A DNA stretch of 64,000 nucleotides from an uncultured Phycisphaerales bacterium (lineage in GTDB: Bacteria > Planctomycetota > Phycisphaerae > Tepidisphaerales > Tepidisphaeraceae). Below are positions 1 to 9,200 of this stretch, in pieces; position 1 is the first letter of the stretch, and the number at the start of each line of letters is the position of its first letter. The DNA lies in the NCBI GenBank assembly GCA_963755915.1, contig CAVWLP010000003.1, positions 160,001 to 224,000 of the forward strand, read 5' to 3'. The position numbers were made by a program, and so were the translations under genes. Under the pieces are notes generated by a model that did no database searches, had not been told where the DNA came from, and saw nothing but the letters and a program-made list of their open reading frames with translations.

Positions 1-7
1 CTGTCGA

Positions 8-1707
8 TCAGGTTTTCCATAGGCGGTTCGAGCCAAAACGAAAGCGGATGAGTCTAGAAGTTGGGAATGGAAGTGTCAAAAATGAGATTGGGGTGCCGCG
101 TTTTACTTTTGCGATTGTCCTGAGATACTGAAGCGAAGAGCTTTTCATCTGGGGAGCATAGCTCAGCGGTAAGAGCAGGGGTCTCATAAACCCTTGGTCC
201 CTGGTTCGAATCCAGGTGCTCCCATTCAAAGTTTCGCTCGGAACGGTCGAGATTTCCCCGGTGGTTCCGGGCGAATCTTCCTGTTGGCTTTCAGCGCGTT
301 TGACTCCGCGGGACTCCGCCGAGGTACGCCGAAATTCGCACCCAGGTGACAAGTCAGGTGACAAGCGATTTCCGGCTGTAACAGGCATTCCATCGCTGCC
401 CGTTTTCTTGGCTTGTTGAACGACCGGCGAAAGGTTCGGCAGCACGTCAAGAGCCGACGCCAACGCACCCCGGTAGACATGCGAATATCGATCCATGGTC
501 AGGGTGATGGTGGAATGACGGGCGAGGGTCTGGGCGGTCTTGGGATGCACGCCGCCAGCCGCCAAATTGGAAATAAACGTATGGCGCAGGGCATGGAAAT
601 CGGCCACGCGATTGGCGTGGTCCCGGTATGTGAGAAATAGCGAAGCCTCTCGCTTTAGGCGATTCTCGTCCGTCTCGGCTGATTCGATCCAATCTTGGCG
701 TGCATTATCCAAATCTCGCCGGAACATTTTGGACACGGCTGTTTCTGATGGCACGTCGAATGCCTTGGCATGCGGCATCTTTCCCGCAAAATGCACCTTG
801 AGCACAGCCACGGTTGCTGGCCTTAAAGGCAAAACATCCTCCCGGCGGTTCTTCGCATAGGCCGCGGCGATGGTCACGGAAGGCTCGCGATCTTCAAGCC
901 GAAAGCTTGACGGCGTAAGACTTCGCAGTTCGCCGGCCCGTAGACCTGTTTCGACCGCCAGCCGATAGAGAAGCGATCTCGCCTCACCGGTCATGTCGTA
1001 ATGCTCCGAACCCTTGACTGTAGCATCCAAGAGCCACCGCAGTTCGTCGGCCGACAGTGCTCGGCGGTCGTGGCGCCGATCCGTTCGCACGTTCAAGCCG
1101 CGTAAGTGAGCCAATGGTGACTCCGCCGCGCGGCCATCTTGAACCATCCACCGCGCGAATTGTTTTGCCGCTTGAAGGTAGAAATTTGACGTTTGGGACG
1201 AGATTCCACGCTCGATCACCCCATCGGCGTTGCGCTGATCCTGCCGCATGCCGCTAAGAGCCGCCTGTAGCTTGCTCGCCGACAGGTCCGACCAGAATTG
1301 AAACCCGCATTCCTCAAACATTTTGCGCGCCGACGAGCAGTCTTTTCGGCATGATTCTGCGTGCTCCCCTTGGCCAATAGCGAGGACTTCCAGTCGTCCA
1401 AATGGACTGCGAGCGGATTGCCAGCAGCAACTTTCGCGGCGGAAAGAATTCCCCACTTGGCCAATTTTGCGCGAATAATTCGCGGCATCGCCTCCACGGA
1501 CCGTCCCAAGTCCGGTGTCATTACATCACTGCCGGCATGTATGCTGTTGAGACGATCAATGACCTTGGCCAGGGAATCGCTGGCGCGTCGATCTTCAAAC
1601 AGCGGCAGTCGGCGCAAGGTCTCGGAATAATCGACAAAAACGGCGTACCATTTCTCCGATAACTTGTGCTGTCCATCGGTCCAATATGGCATCTTTCGCA
1701 CTTTCAT
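8..1707 (-). CDS. tyrosine recombinase/integrase (one frameshift near 1330; frame reads through att and the tRNA)
   Basis: Catalytic motifs TGLRAGEL, K (YAKN), FHALRHTF, LARHS..LTMDRY in ORF 8..1456. N-terminus MKVRKMPYW is in ORF 1216..1752, ATG at 1707. Confidence 0.9.
152..224 (+). tRNA. tRNA with CAT anticodon (probably Ile2/lysidine type; elongator Met not excluded)
   Basis: Cloverleaf GGGAGCA/TGCTCCC-A, D arm GCTC/GAGC, anticodon arm GGGGT-CTCATAA-ACCCT, T arm CCTGG-TTCGAAT-CCAGG. G1-C72 is paired, so not an initiator. No encoded CCA. Confidence 0.93.
176..226 (+). repeat. att site at the intact-tRNA end
   Basis: caggggtctcataaacccttggtccctggttcgaatccaggtgctcccatt; 47/51 identical to 10441-10491. 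Confidence 0.92.
343..371 (+). repeat. candidate integrase arm-type sites (tandem GGTGACAAG), left arm
   Basis: caggtgacaagtcaggtgacaagcgattt; 28/29 identical to 10362-10390; both copies are just inside the att repeats. Confidence 0.7.
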
Positions 1708-1711
1708 CGCC

Positions 1712-2131
1712 TCATCCCTTCCTGGCGTAATGCGGGCGGCTGGCAACAACATCTAGATTTAGGGCCACCAGCATCGCTTCGATATAGCTCAGGCCAAGCT
1801 GCCGAAATCCCCGGAGAAATTCGTACACCGCCGATTGAGTGAGAGTTGGGCAGTTTTCTTGAGCGGCCTTCCAAAGCTTGTATCGCGTCATTTTTCGGCG
1901 GCCAAGCTCTTGCAGAATTGCCGAACGTATACGGCTCGGCAGCGGTTTTATAATTCGCCCATTCGCATCGCGTCGAATGGGATTAGATCCCATCGTCGGC
2001 TCACGGTCACGCTTGACTCGCGCATCCGATCGGGCCATCGCCTTGCGCAATCGGTCCAAGTCAGCAGGGGTCGTTGGTGGAAGCTCATCGTACTTTTTAT
2101 GAACGATGCCGCCGGCGGATTTGTTCGACAT
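1712..2131 (-). CDS. putative antitoxin with C-terminal Cro/XRE-like HTH
   Basis: Overlaps the 3' end of brnT. N-terminal 'DLDRLRKAM' segment plus HTH-like 'MTRYKLWKAA..LTQSAVYEFLRG..LSYIEAML'. Confidence 0.6.
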   Translation of the reverse strand: MSNKSAGGIVHKKYDELPPTTPADLDRLRKAMARSDARVKRDREPTMGSNPIRRDANGRIIKPLPSRIRSAILQELGRRKMTRYKLWKAAQENCPTLTQSAVYEFLRGFRQLGLSYIEAMLVALNLDVVASRPHYARKG

Positions 2132-2433
2132 AGGCCCTCTTTTCTTCGGAGTTGGCAGCGCGCTGCGCTGATGATGCGTGTGATCTGCTCTTCTTCGTCT
2201 GTGCGCTCCGTCCATGAGATTCGTGTGATAAGGTCGCGATTTTCAGGGTGCGAGCCGAATGTGCAATATCGGTCTTCTTTATCGCTGTGGTCATCATCAT
2301 AATCCTCGACCAAATAAAGGTCGCCATCCTCCTGCCCCAACACCTTGGCCGCATCGTCAAACGATACGCGATGATGGCGTATATTCGACGCGGCTTTTCT
2401 CGCGTCCCACTCGAACCGCCAATGGAGCCGCAT
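2097..2433 (-). CDS. brnT: BrnT-family type II toxin (frameshift near 2160)
   Basis: FEWDARKAASNIRHHRVSFDDA, DHSDKEDRYCTFG, RIISA then RAANSEEKRAY in the adjacent frame. Confidence 0.85.
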
Positions 2434-2506
2434 ATGCCCTTTCCAACGCCGCCATTACAGGCAGCATATTACCTATATCGGTAGCAATCAAGTCAAAATC
2501 GACAAT

Positions 2507-2809
2507 TTATGCCCGCCGGCGATCTTTGCCGTTTGCCAACCACCGATCCCGTGGTGGGCTGCCTGAGTTGAACCAATCAATCAACTCCTGACGTGACCAT
2601 CGCACGGCCCTGCCCATTCGGACGGGCAAGGGCCCAAGCCTGCCAGTCTTGTGCAGAGAGTAAAAGTGCGATTCGGAAACTCCCAGAAGCGCCGCCGCCT
2701 CGGCCGCCGATACGCCAAGCGATTCGGTACGCGTGTGATATCGGAGATGAGTCGGCAGTCCCGTCTCATCGAACAACCTGGCGGGCTGTTTTTGCAGCGT
2801 CGATGCCAT
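2507..2809 (-). CDS. AlpA/excisionase-like winged-helix protein
   Basis: AAEAAALLGVSESHFYSL..GRLGPLPVRMGRAVRWSRQELIDW; upstream of and co-oriented with the integrase. Confidence 0.8.
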   Translation of the reverse strand: MASTLQKQPARLFDETGLPTHLRYHTRTESLGVSAAEAAALLGVSESHFYSLHKTGRLGPLPVRMGRAVRWSRQELIDWFNSGSPPRDRWLANGKDRRRA

Positions 2810-2921
2810 GGCCTTGCCTCTGATTTCCGCCGCACAGCGGAGCCACAGCAGATGTTATTATCGTCATTAACAATGTCAAACAGAATTTGCGGAGTTTCCA
2901 GGATTGCGGTGCGCTCGCTGG

Positions 2922-3149
2922 TCAATCCTCGGTTGGCGTGACGCCGAATCGTTTATGGTGCTTCTCGGCAATTGCAGAGCGGATGGCGGGCTTCGATTCC
3001 AACCAGTGCAGGATCAACGCTTCGAGCACGTGCTTGGGATTCGCAAGATTCCTAGCGCAATCGTACTCAAAGTCGTCAAATAGCTTCTGGTTGAACCGGT
3101 AGGTTCGCTGTACCGTCTGAAGTTCCGGGGAGATGCGGGGGCGTGCCAT
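2922..3149 (-). CDS. small hypothetical protein, possibly ribbon-helix-helix DNA binding
   Basis: 75 aa, MARPR start, strand-helix-helix pattern; purine-rich RBS-like AGGAAGGAG upstream. Confidence 0.5.
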   Translation of the reverse strand: MARPRISPELQTVQRTYRFNQKLFDDFEYDCARNLANPKHVLEALILHWLESKPAIRSAIAEKHHKRFGVTPTED

Positions 3150-3912
3150 TCTATCTAGCTCCTTCCTGAGATCATCATGGTAACCATCTATTCCAAGCGT
3201 ACCATGTTTTTAACGTTAACAACTTACGCGAGGGTAATCGCCTTTAACGGCATTCGGTGTCCTCCCAGGCACAAAGTTTCTCTTCAACCCCGCAGCCAGA
3301 AGGGGGTTGAAGAGAAACGGCGAATAGCAGAAGGACCGAGCGCAGGCCCTGCCGTCGCGCAGGGATGCAAGACGTGCTGCCACGCGCAGGCGGTACTCCG
3401 TCGAGCATGGCGGCCGGCTTGTCGCCCGGAGCAGGCTGGGCGCAGCGGCGGAACGTCAGCCGAGTTGCGAGAAACAGTCTGACCTCGGCGGATTTCGCGG
3501 GGCACTATATGACATCGATGACGATTGAATCGTTCCGCAGCACAGTCTTTCCCGCAGCCACTCACAGCGGACGGCTTTCGCGCGGACGGGGTGGCGGTCA
3601 ATCTGGATGGCCCGGAGGGAGGGAGATTGTCGGCCGCCCCGGCCGCGTACAAGGGAGCCATGAGGTGGGAGCGGATTTTAGGGATAGGCTTTGCATACGC
3701 ATTGAACGAATTCAGGGTTTCTACATGTTGCGCAAGAAGTCCTGGCCCGACATAGCAAGCCTTTGCATTCTTCACAGGAACTACCCGGAATTGATTCTGG
3801 CCAAACAATAAGCCCATTGGGCGAATCGACAGGTGACTTTGAGCCAACGACTCGTTGCACTAAATCGCCAAACAATTGATCCACAGACCAAGAGGCACCC
3901 AAAGCGGGGGCT

Positions 3913-4218
3913 CGCAATGCCCGCAGCCGCCGAACTGTTGCCGGTCGGGGGACTAACGTAAGCCGAGAGGGTGTACCCGCCGTTTACCAAAAATCCACTG
4001 GACTGTACCGTTTCGGATTGCGATTCGAAATCGAGTTGACCTGCTTGGATACTTCCCGATGAGCCGCTCAATGTCCAGGTAGTGCCATTCAAAGTGGCAG
4101 GTCCCAAGCTCGCCGTCGCACCGATAGCAGTGTAGACCCAGTTTGGCGCGGCAATATTATCGACCGTAAATGCACCGGTGGGAAGCTGAACGCTGGAATT
4201 GGACTGAATCCTAACCAA
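3913..4218 (-). pseudogene. fragment of a large beta-rich extracellular protein
   Basis: Ser/Thr/Gly-rich text (GTTWTLSGSSG, GYTLSAYVS, AAAGI) with no signal peptide; boundaries approximate. Confidence 0.4.
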
Positions 4219-4278
4219 ATATTCGAAACCCCCCAGTGGGACCTAAGCGTCGAGGCAACGCCTCCGCAACTGACCACT

Positions 4279-5547
4279 TTGGCCGATCAGCCACTTGGTA
4301 ACAATGATTCCCTGACATTTAGCGTTGGGGCGGAAGCGGAAGCTGATATCGGACCGGTATCGGCGGATTGGCAATACACAATCGCAAGCTGGACGCCGTT
4401 CGCGATTCCCTCGGGATCGAGCACGTTCAAGCTCTTGCCCCCTCAAGGGCTTGGGCAATTCACAACAAGCTTTGGTATCGGGAGCGACCAGGTCTTTCCG
4501 TCGTTTCTTCTGTCCGTCTTCGGACAGGCTCAATTATCTGGTCAATTTGAAGTTCCTCTAACAGGCACGACGCGAGCCGTGATTAGCACGTCCTCTGTCG
4601 CCGCCGTCGCCGGCCAACCGTTGCCTCCAATTACCGTGACGCTCGAAGATGCGCTTGGGAATGTGGAAACCGACGACGATTCGAGTGTTACTCTTTCGGT
4701 TGCCCCCGATCCCGTTCTCTACGGCACGACGACGGTTAATGCGGTCGATGGTGTTGCGACCTTCGATAATCTCTACCTCGATACCAGCGGCAACTATAGC
4801 TTTGTCGCGACAGACGCTACCGATGGCATCACGACCATCGTCTATCCAAGCCCTGTTACTGTCGCCGCGTCAAAAGCAACCCATCTCGCGTTCATAGAAG
4901 GGCCAAGCGACACAACGGCCGGAAACGCGATCAGCCCCGCGGTGATGGTGGCTGTCGAAGACCAATACGGCAACATCGTTACGACCAACAATTCCAGGGT
5001 AAATCTAAATCTCGTCGGCGGCCCATGCGAAGCATTCCTGTTGGGCACGGCAAACCTCCAGGTCCAAAATGGCGTGGCCACGTTCAAGGGTTTGTCGATT
5101 CTCAAGGCCGGCGATTATTCGCTCAAGGCAACGGATCGCGGTCTGGCCGGCGCCACATCCGACACCTTTGCTGTGACGCCGGGCCCGGCCGTTCAAATGC
5201 GATTTGTGGATCAATTCCCGTGGCTGGATTCCTCCGGCAAAGATTTCAACGTGCAGGTTGCGCTTTACGACAAATACGGCAACCTGGCAACGAACGACAC
5301 TTCCAGCGTCACGCTGTCACTGGGCGCTCATCCAAAGAGCGGAGTATTGACCGGCAATATAACCGCCGCGGTGGTGAATGGCATTGCCACCTTCGACAAT
5401 CTCTCGCTGAGCGAAGAGGGGTTGTACACATTTGTGGCAACTGACAGCGGCGGAATTCCGGCGATTAACTCGCGGCCCTTCCTGGTAGGCGATTGGAAAT
5501 TTTGGCGGGATTGTGATCGTAATGAATCACTCCTCCAGGATATATGA
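4279..5547 (+). CDS. Ig-like repeat surface protein, 5'-truncated
   Basis: Three repeats of 'V.leD.yGN..T.d.ssVtL...GvATFdnL.l...G.Y.f.ATD'; no signal peptide or convincing start. Confidence 0.7.
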   Translation: MADQPLGNNDSLTFSVGAEAEADIGPVSADWQYTIASWTPFAIPSGSSTFKLLPPQGLGQFTTSFGIGSDQVFPSFLLSVFGQAQLSGQFEVPLTGTTRAVISTSSVAAVAGQPLPPITVTLEDALGNVETDDDSSVTLSVAPDPVLYGTTTVNAVDGVATFDNLYLDTSGNYSFVATDATDGITTIVYPSPVTVAASKATHLAFIEGPSDTTAGNAISPAVMVAVEDQYGNIVTTNNSRVNLNLVGGPCEAFLLGTANLQVQNGVATFKGLSILKAGDYSLKATDRGLAGATSDTFAVTPGPAVQMRFVDQFPWLDSSGKDFNVQVALYDKYGNLATNDTSSVTLSLGAHPKSGVLTGNITAAVVNGIATFDNLSLSEEGLYTFVATDSGGIPAINSRPFLVGDWKFWRDCDRNESLLQDI

Positions 5548-5675
5548 TTGCCGTAACCTCCGCTCGAAATTGCTTCTCTTAATGATATGGCGCGAAGTTC
5601 AACTAATCGGGTTCTTCCGGGCCTCGCGACGGATACGGCCGCATCACATCGGCCGCTTAAGAAAAGGAAAACATC

Positions 5676-6584
5676 ATGATCATGCCTGCCATGAAATGGC
5701 TGCGAAGCGCCGCCTGCGCGGCGGCTTTATTATCCCTCTTCGATGGAACATTCCCGACGGTCGCGGTTGCCAATCCGACCATCAGTTCCGTTCAACTGAC
5801 CGGCAATCCGGGCGACTATACCATTACGATCGACGGCGCTGGATTCGGCGGCTCGCCCGTCTCACCAGGTTATGTCGGAGATACTTCTGATTTCCGGATC
5901 GCTGATGCGGCGCAGTTAGGCTTCGGTGAATGGGGATTCACAGGTGACGCAAAAACACTCACCTATCAAACCTGGTCGGACGGCCAAGTCGTCCTTTCCG
6001 GATTTGGCGGTTCCCCGGCCGATGCTCTTGCGCTTGCGATCTGGAATCCCTCGACGGGTTTGGGCGCAACCTGGGGTGGAAACGTGCCGCCCACCAATTC
6101 CTCCACCCCGCAAATATCCAGCGTGACGTTCTCCGGCTCCGGCGCCAATACCACGATGACGATCACAGGTTCCGGCTTTGGCAGCTCCCCGTTCTCCGGC
6201 CCATTCACCGGCGATTTGAACGATCTCCAGTTCCTCGATTTCCGCACGCCCAGCAATGGAGCTTCGTCTTTATTTGGCGCGGGCGACGAGGGCTTTGGCG
6301 ATATCTCCCCCTACAGCGTCACCCTCAATTACCAGTCCTGGTCGAATAATCAGATCGTCATCACCGGCTTCGGCGGAACCTATGGACAAAACGGCGCGAC
6401 CCTTGACGTCGGCGATCCGGTTACCGTCACGCTGTGGAACTCCGCGGATTCAAACGCTGGCGGCCCGCAAACCGCTTGGGGCGGAATCGTCACCGTGCCG
6501 GAACCCGCATCCGTGGGTTCGCTTATCGGCGGCTTTTGCGTACTGCTCGTTCGTCGCCACCGGTGCAAACAAACCCAGAACTAA
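5676..6584 (+). CDS. PEP-CTERM protein with two IPT/TIG-like repeats
   Basis: Signal peptide; duplicated 'P.ISSV..G....TI.G.GFG.SP...Y..WS..Q....GFGG...WN...WGG'; ends VPEP, TM helix, RRHR. Confidence 0.85.
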   Translation: MIMPAMKWLRSAACAAALLSLFDGTFPTVAVANPTISSVQLTGNPGDYTITIDGAGFGGSPVSPGYVGDTSDFRIADAAQLGFGEWGFTGDAKTLTYQTWSDGQVVLSGFGGSPADALALAIWNPSTGLGATWGGNVPPTNSSTPQISSVTFSGSGANTTMTITGSGFGSSPFSGPFTGDLNDLQFLDFRTPSNGASSLFGAGDEGFGDISPYSVTLNYQSWSNNQIVITGFGGTYGQNGATLDVGDPVTVTLWNSADSNAGGPQTAWGGIVTVPEPASVGSLIGGFCVLLVRRHRCKQTQN

Positions 6585-6618
6585 CCGCGTCGCGGCACAC
6601 GTTGTCTGGAATTGAGGA
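6581..6618 (+). repeat. 38-bp intergenic direct repeat, copy 1 (copy 2 at 7221-7258)
   Basis: ctaaccgcgtcgcggcacacgttgtctggaattgagga vs ctaaccgagtcgcggcgcgcgttgtctgcaattgcgga, 33/38 identical. Confidence 0.8.
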
Positions 6619-6630
6619 AAGGACTTTGCC

Positions 6631-7224
6631 ATGTTCACGAATACTAATGCCATGTCTTTCTGGTCATCCTTCCTGTGGTGGTGGTCATCAATGCCACTTT
6701 TGTGGGAGGGGTTATTCGTCCTTTGGATTGTTTGTCTCTGGCGGGTTTTCGCCAAAGCTGGCCAGCCCGAATGGGCCGCGCTCATCCCCATCTACAACCT
6801 CGTCGTACTGCTGAAGGTTTGTCGGCGACCGATTCGATGGATCGTCGATCTCTTTTTCGTCCCGTTACTGGGTGTCATTGCCGCAATTGTAGTTATGGTA
6901 ATATTCACTCAACGAGCGGTCAGCGACCAGGACCCAGCCACCGCGGCGATTGGCGGAGTTCTGGCGTTCGTGCTGTATGTCTGCGGATTCGTCTACGGAT
7001 TGGTCTACGGGATTCGTCTTTTGATCTCACTGGGTCGAGTCTTTGGGAAGGGCGCGGCCTTCATCATTGGGCTCATCATTCCATTTACTTCAATTATATT
7101 TTGGGCGATTTTGGCCTTTGATGGCTCCGATTACCGAGGTGAAGGGTCGACTTCGCCTAAGTTGGCTCCGGTGGCTGGGATTCCAGCAGTCTCAAGGCCC
7201 TTACCTTCTGCGAGTCCGAGCTAA
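6631..7224 (+). CDS. DUF5684-like membrane protein
   Basis: WRVFAKAGQPEWAALIPIYN and FGKG..F.IGL..ILAF motifs; several TM helices. Confidence 0.75.
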   Translation: MFTNTNAMSFWSSFLWWWSSMPLLWEGLFVLWIVCLWRVFAKAGQPEWAALIPIYNLVVLLKVCRRPIRWIVDLFFVPLLGVIAAIVVMVIFTQRAVSDQDPATAAIGGVLAFVLYVCGFVYGLVYGIRLLISLGRVFGKGAAFIIGLIIPFTSIIFWAILAFDGSDYRGEGSTSPKLAPVAGIPAVSRPLPSASPS

Positions 7225-7267
7225 CCGAGTCGCGGCGCGCGTTGTCTGCAATTGCGGAGGTGCTTTT

Positions 7268-7633
7268 ATGCGGTATAGGATTCTTCCAATCATCATTCTT
7301 GCGATTGTTGGAGCCGGCGGATTCGTGATGCTGAAGGAGTCCAATCGTCCGGCTGTCGTTACTCCGGCAGCCGAGCATATGATTCTACACGGAAGTTACG
7401 TCTCCACCGACCCTAGGCTTGGCTATTTGATTGATTTTGATAAATATCCGGGCACCGCCTGGTTTCTCGCTGGTCAGGGAGGCGCAATGGCCTCTGCGTA
7501 CACCGTGAATGGAAATACGCTTCACCTCGCCATGTGCATACTGGACCTTACGCTGATGCCGGACGGTACGATCCAATGTCCTCCCTGCTTCGGTCCCATG
7601 CAATCAATCGTCATCCTCAAAAAGCGTGGCTAG
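7268..7633 (+). CDS. small exported or membrane-anchored hypothetical protein
   Basis: GGAGG RBS, MRYRILPIIILAIVGAGG hydrophobic N-terminus. Confidence 0.6.
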   Translation: MRYRILPIIILAIVGAGGFVMLKESNRPAVVTPAAEHMILHGSYVSTDPRLGYLIDFDKYPGTAWFLAGQGGAMASAYTVNGNTLHLAMCILDLTLMPDGTIQCPPCFGPMQSIVILKKRG

Positions 7634-7669
7634 TTGCAATCGCCCGCTGCTCTGTCTCGAGAAGCAACC

Positions 7670-9125
7670 ATGTCAAATATCCAAAAAGCAATTAGCATCA
7701 CCAATGCACTTCTGCTCGCGACGGTTGCGGTTTTGTTTTTCCTGCCGCAGTGCCGGATCGAATCTCAAGCCTATCAATCCACACTCACGGGATTGAATCT
7801 CACCTTGGGCACGACTCCGTATACGCATGTCGAGGGCATGTCCGACGCGGATTACCAAAAGCTTGTTGACATGATCCAGGGCATCCGACAGACAGTGGGT
7901 CAGCCTAAACTTCAAGATTACACCAACCCGGCATTCCTGGGCGTGCTCTTGTTGTCGGCATCGCGGCCATCGCATTCTTCAGTGATGTCAGTAAAGCGCA
8001 AATCAATTCGTTCGGTGTTCGGGTCAGCCGTGATCTTCGGGACTGTGCCGTGGGGGGGGTGCTGATTCTGTTCATCATCTACGGGATAAGCGGCTTCAGT
8101 TCCGAGCAAGCAATGAAAGATCAGAACGCACAGTGGGAAAAGACGATCGCGCAACTCAAGACGGATACCGCAAACAACCAAGCGCAGAATGCCGCAGCTA
8201 TGGGGGCCGATCTTGCGCGAGCTTGGGGAGCGAGCGCCGCGTCGATGCAGGATACGGCGCGAGCCTCGATGGAGCGGATGATCGCCACGATTCAAAAAAC
8301 TGTATGGTTTGACTTGGGCTTCGCGCTATCAGGCACCGCTTTATGCCTGGCGATTGCCGTGCGGTTCACTGGTAAGGTGCCCACGACGTTGGCAGATCGT
8401 CCGATGTCGTCCGCATCCACGGCCGGACAGTTGTCAGAACATTCCGCGAGCGCCGATGCATCTACACATTCCGGTGGGACATGGGATTCGATTAAGACTC
8501 GCACAATGCAATTCGTCGAAACAGCCGAAGCCAAGGCTGCAGAGGCCGTTGAAGCGGGTAAGGTTGAGGTACGACTACATCACGAAAAATCGGCTGTTAG
8601 CGCATGTAATAAGCAGTTGGATCAACTCGCACTTGAATGCGGCGCGTCCGCAGCCGACGTCTCAGCTTTCTCGGATTCGACGCTTCAAGCGCTGCGCCAA
8701 AAAGCTCTGGATGCGCGACAAAAGATGAAAGAAAGCCAATCGCAGCACGATGCGGCGGTGGAGGAGTTGGGCGCATTGACGCGAAGGCAGACCCCACAAA
8801 GGCAGCAGAATTGACCGCCTGGATCAAGGCGACGGATGCCACTTTGCGCCGTCAACAGCACGATTTGGACGCGATTTTGAAAGACTTGGGAACTCGCGTG
8901 CTGGCGGCAAATCTTGCCGAACCCAGGCTTGCCGGATTCTACCGACAGCGGAACGAAATCCAACTGCAAGCCGATGAGCACTCTGCTAACATCGCACGAT
9001 TAGAACAGGAACAGGTTGGACACAAGACATCCCTTGGGTTCAACACGAGAAAAGCAATCATCATCGGCGGCGCAGCCGTTGTCGCGCTTGTGATTTTAAT
9101 ATGGATCGTCACGGAATCGATGTAA
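7670..9125 (+). CDS. membrane protein with coiled-coil region (at least two frameshifts; may be more than one gene)
   Basis: Protein-like text passes between ORFs 7634..8065, 8050..8814 and 8637..9125; TM segments and an Ala/Gln-rich helical region. Confidence 0.5.
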
Positions 9126-9200
9126 GGCGCGGTACACACCGGCGAGCAATTTGCCTGCGCTGCCGGGCAAATCGCGAATGTAAAGTGAGGAGATGTTTCC

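Noticed and set aside
3177-3900. ORFs or a structured RNA in the island's 3.2-3.9 kb gap
   Set aside because: Several overlapping ORFs and short hairpins are present, but none has a motif I can support. An Rfam or BLASTX search would be needed.
6581-7258. Integron attC sites
   Set aside because: Too short, no extended L/R box hairpin, and the integrase is not recognisably IntI. Kept only as a cassette-like repeat.
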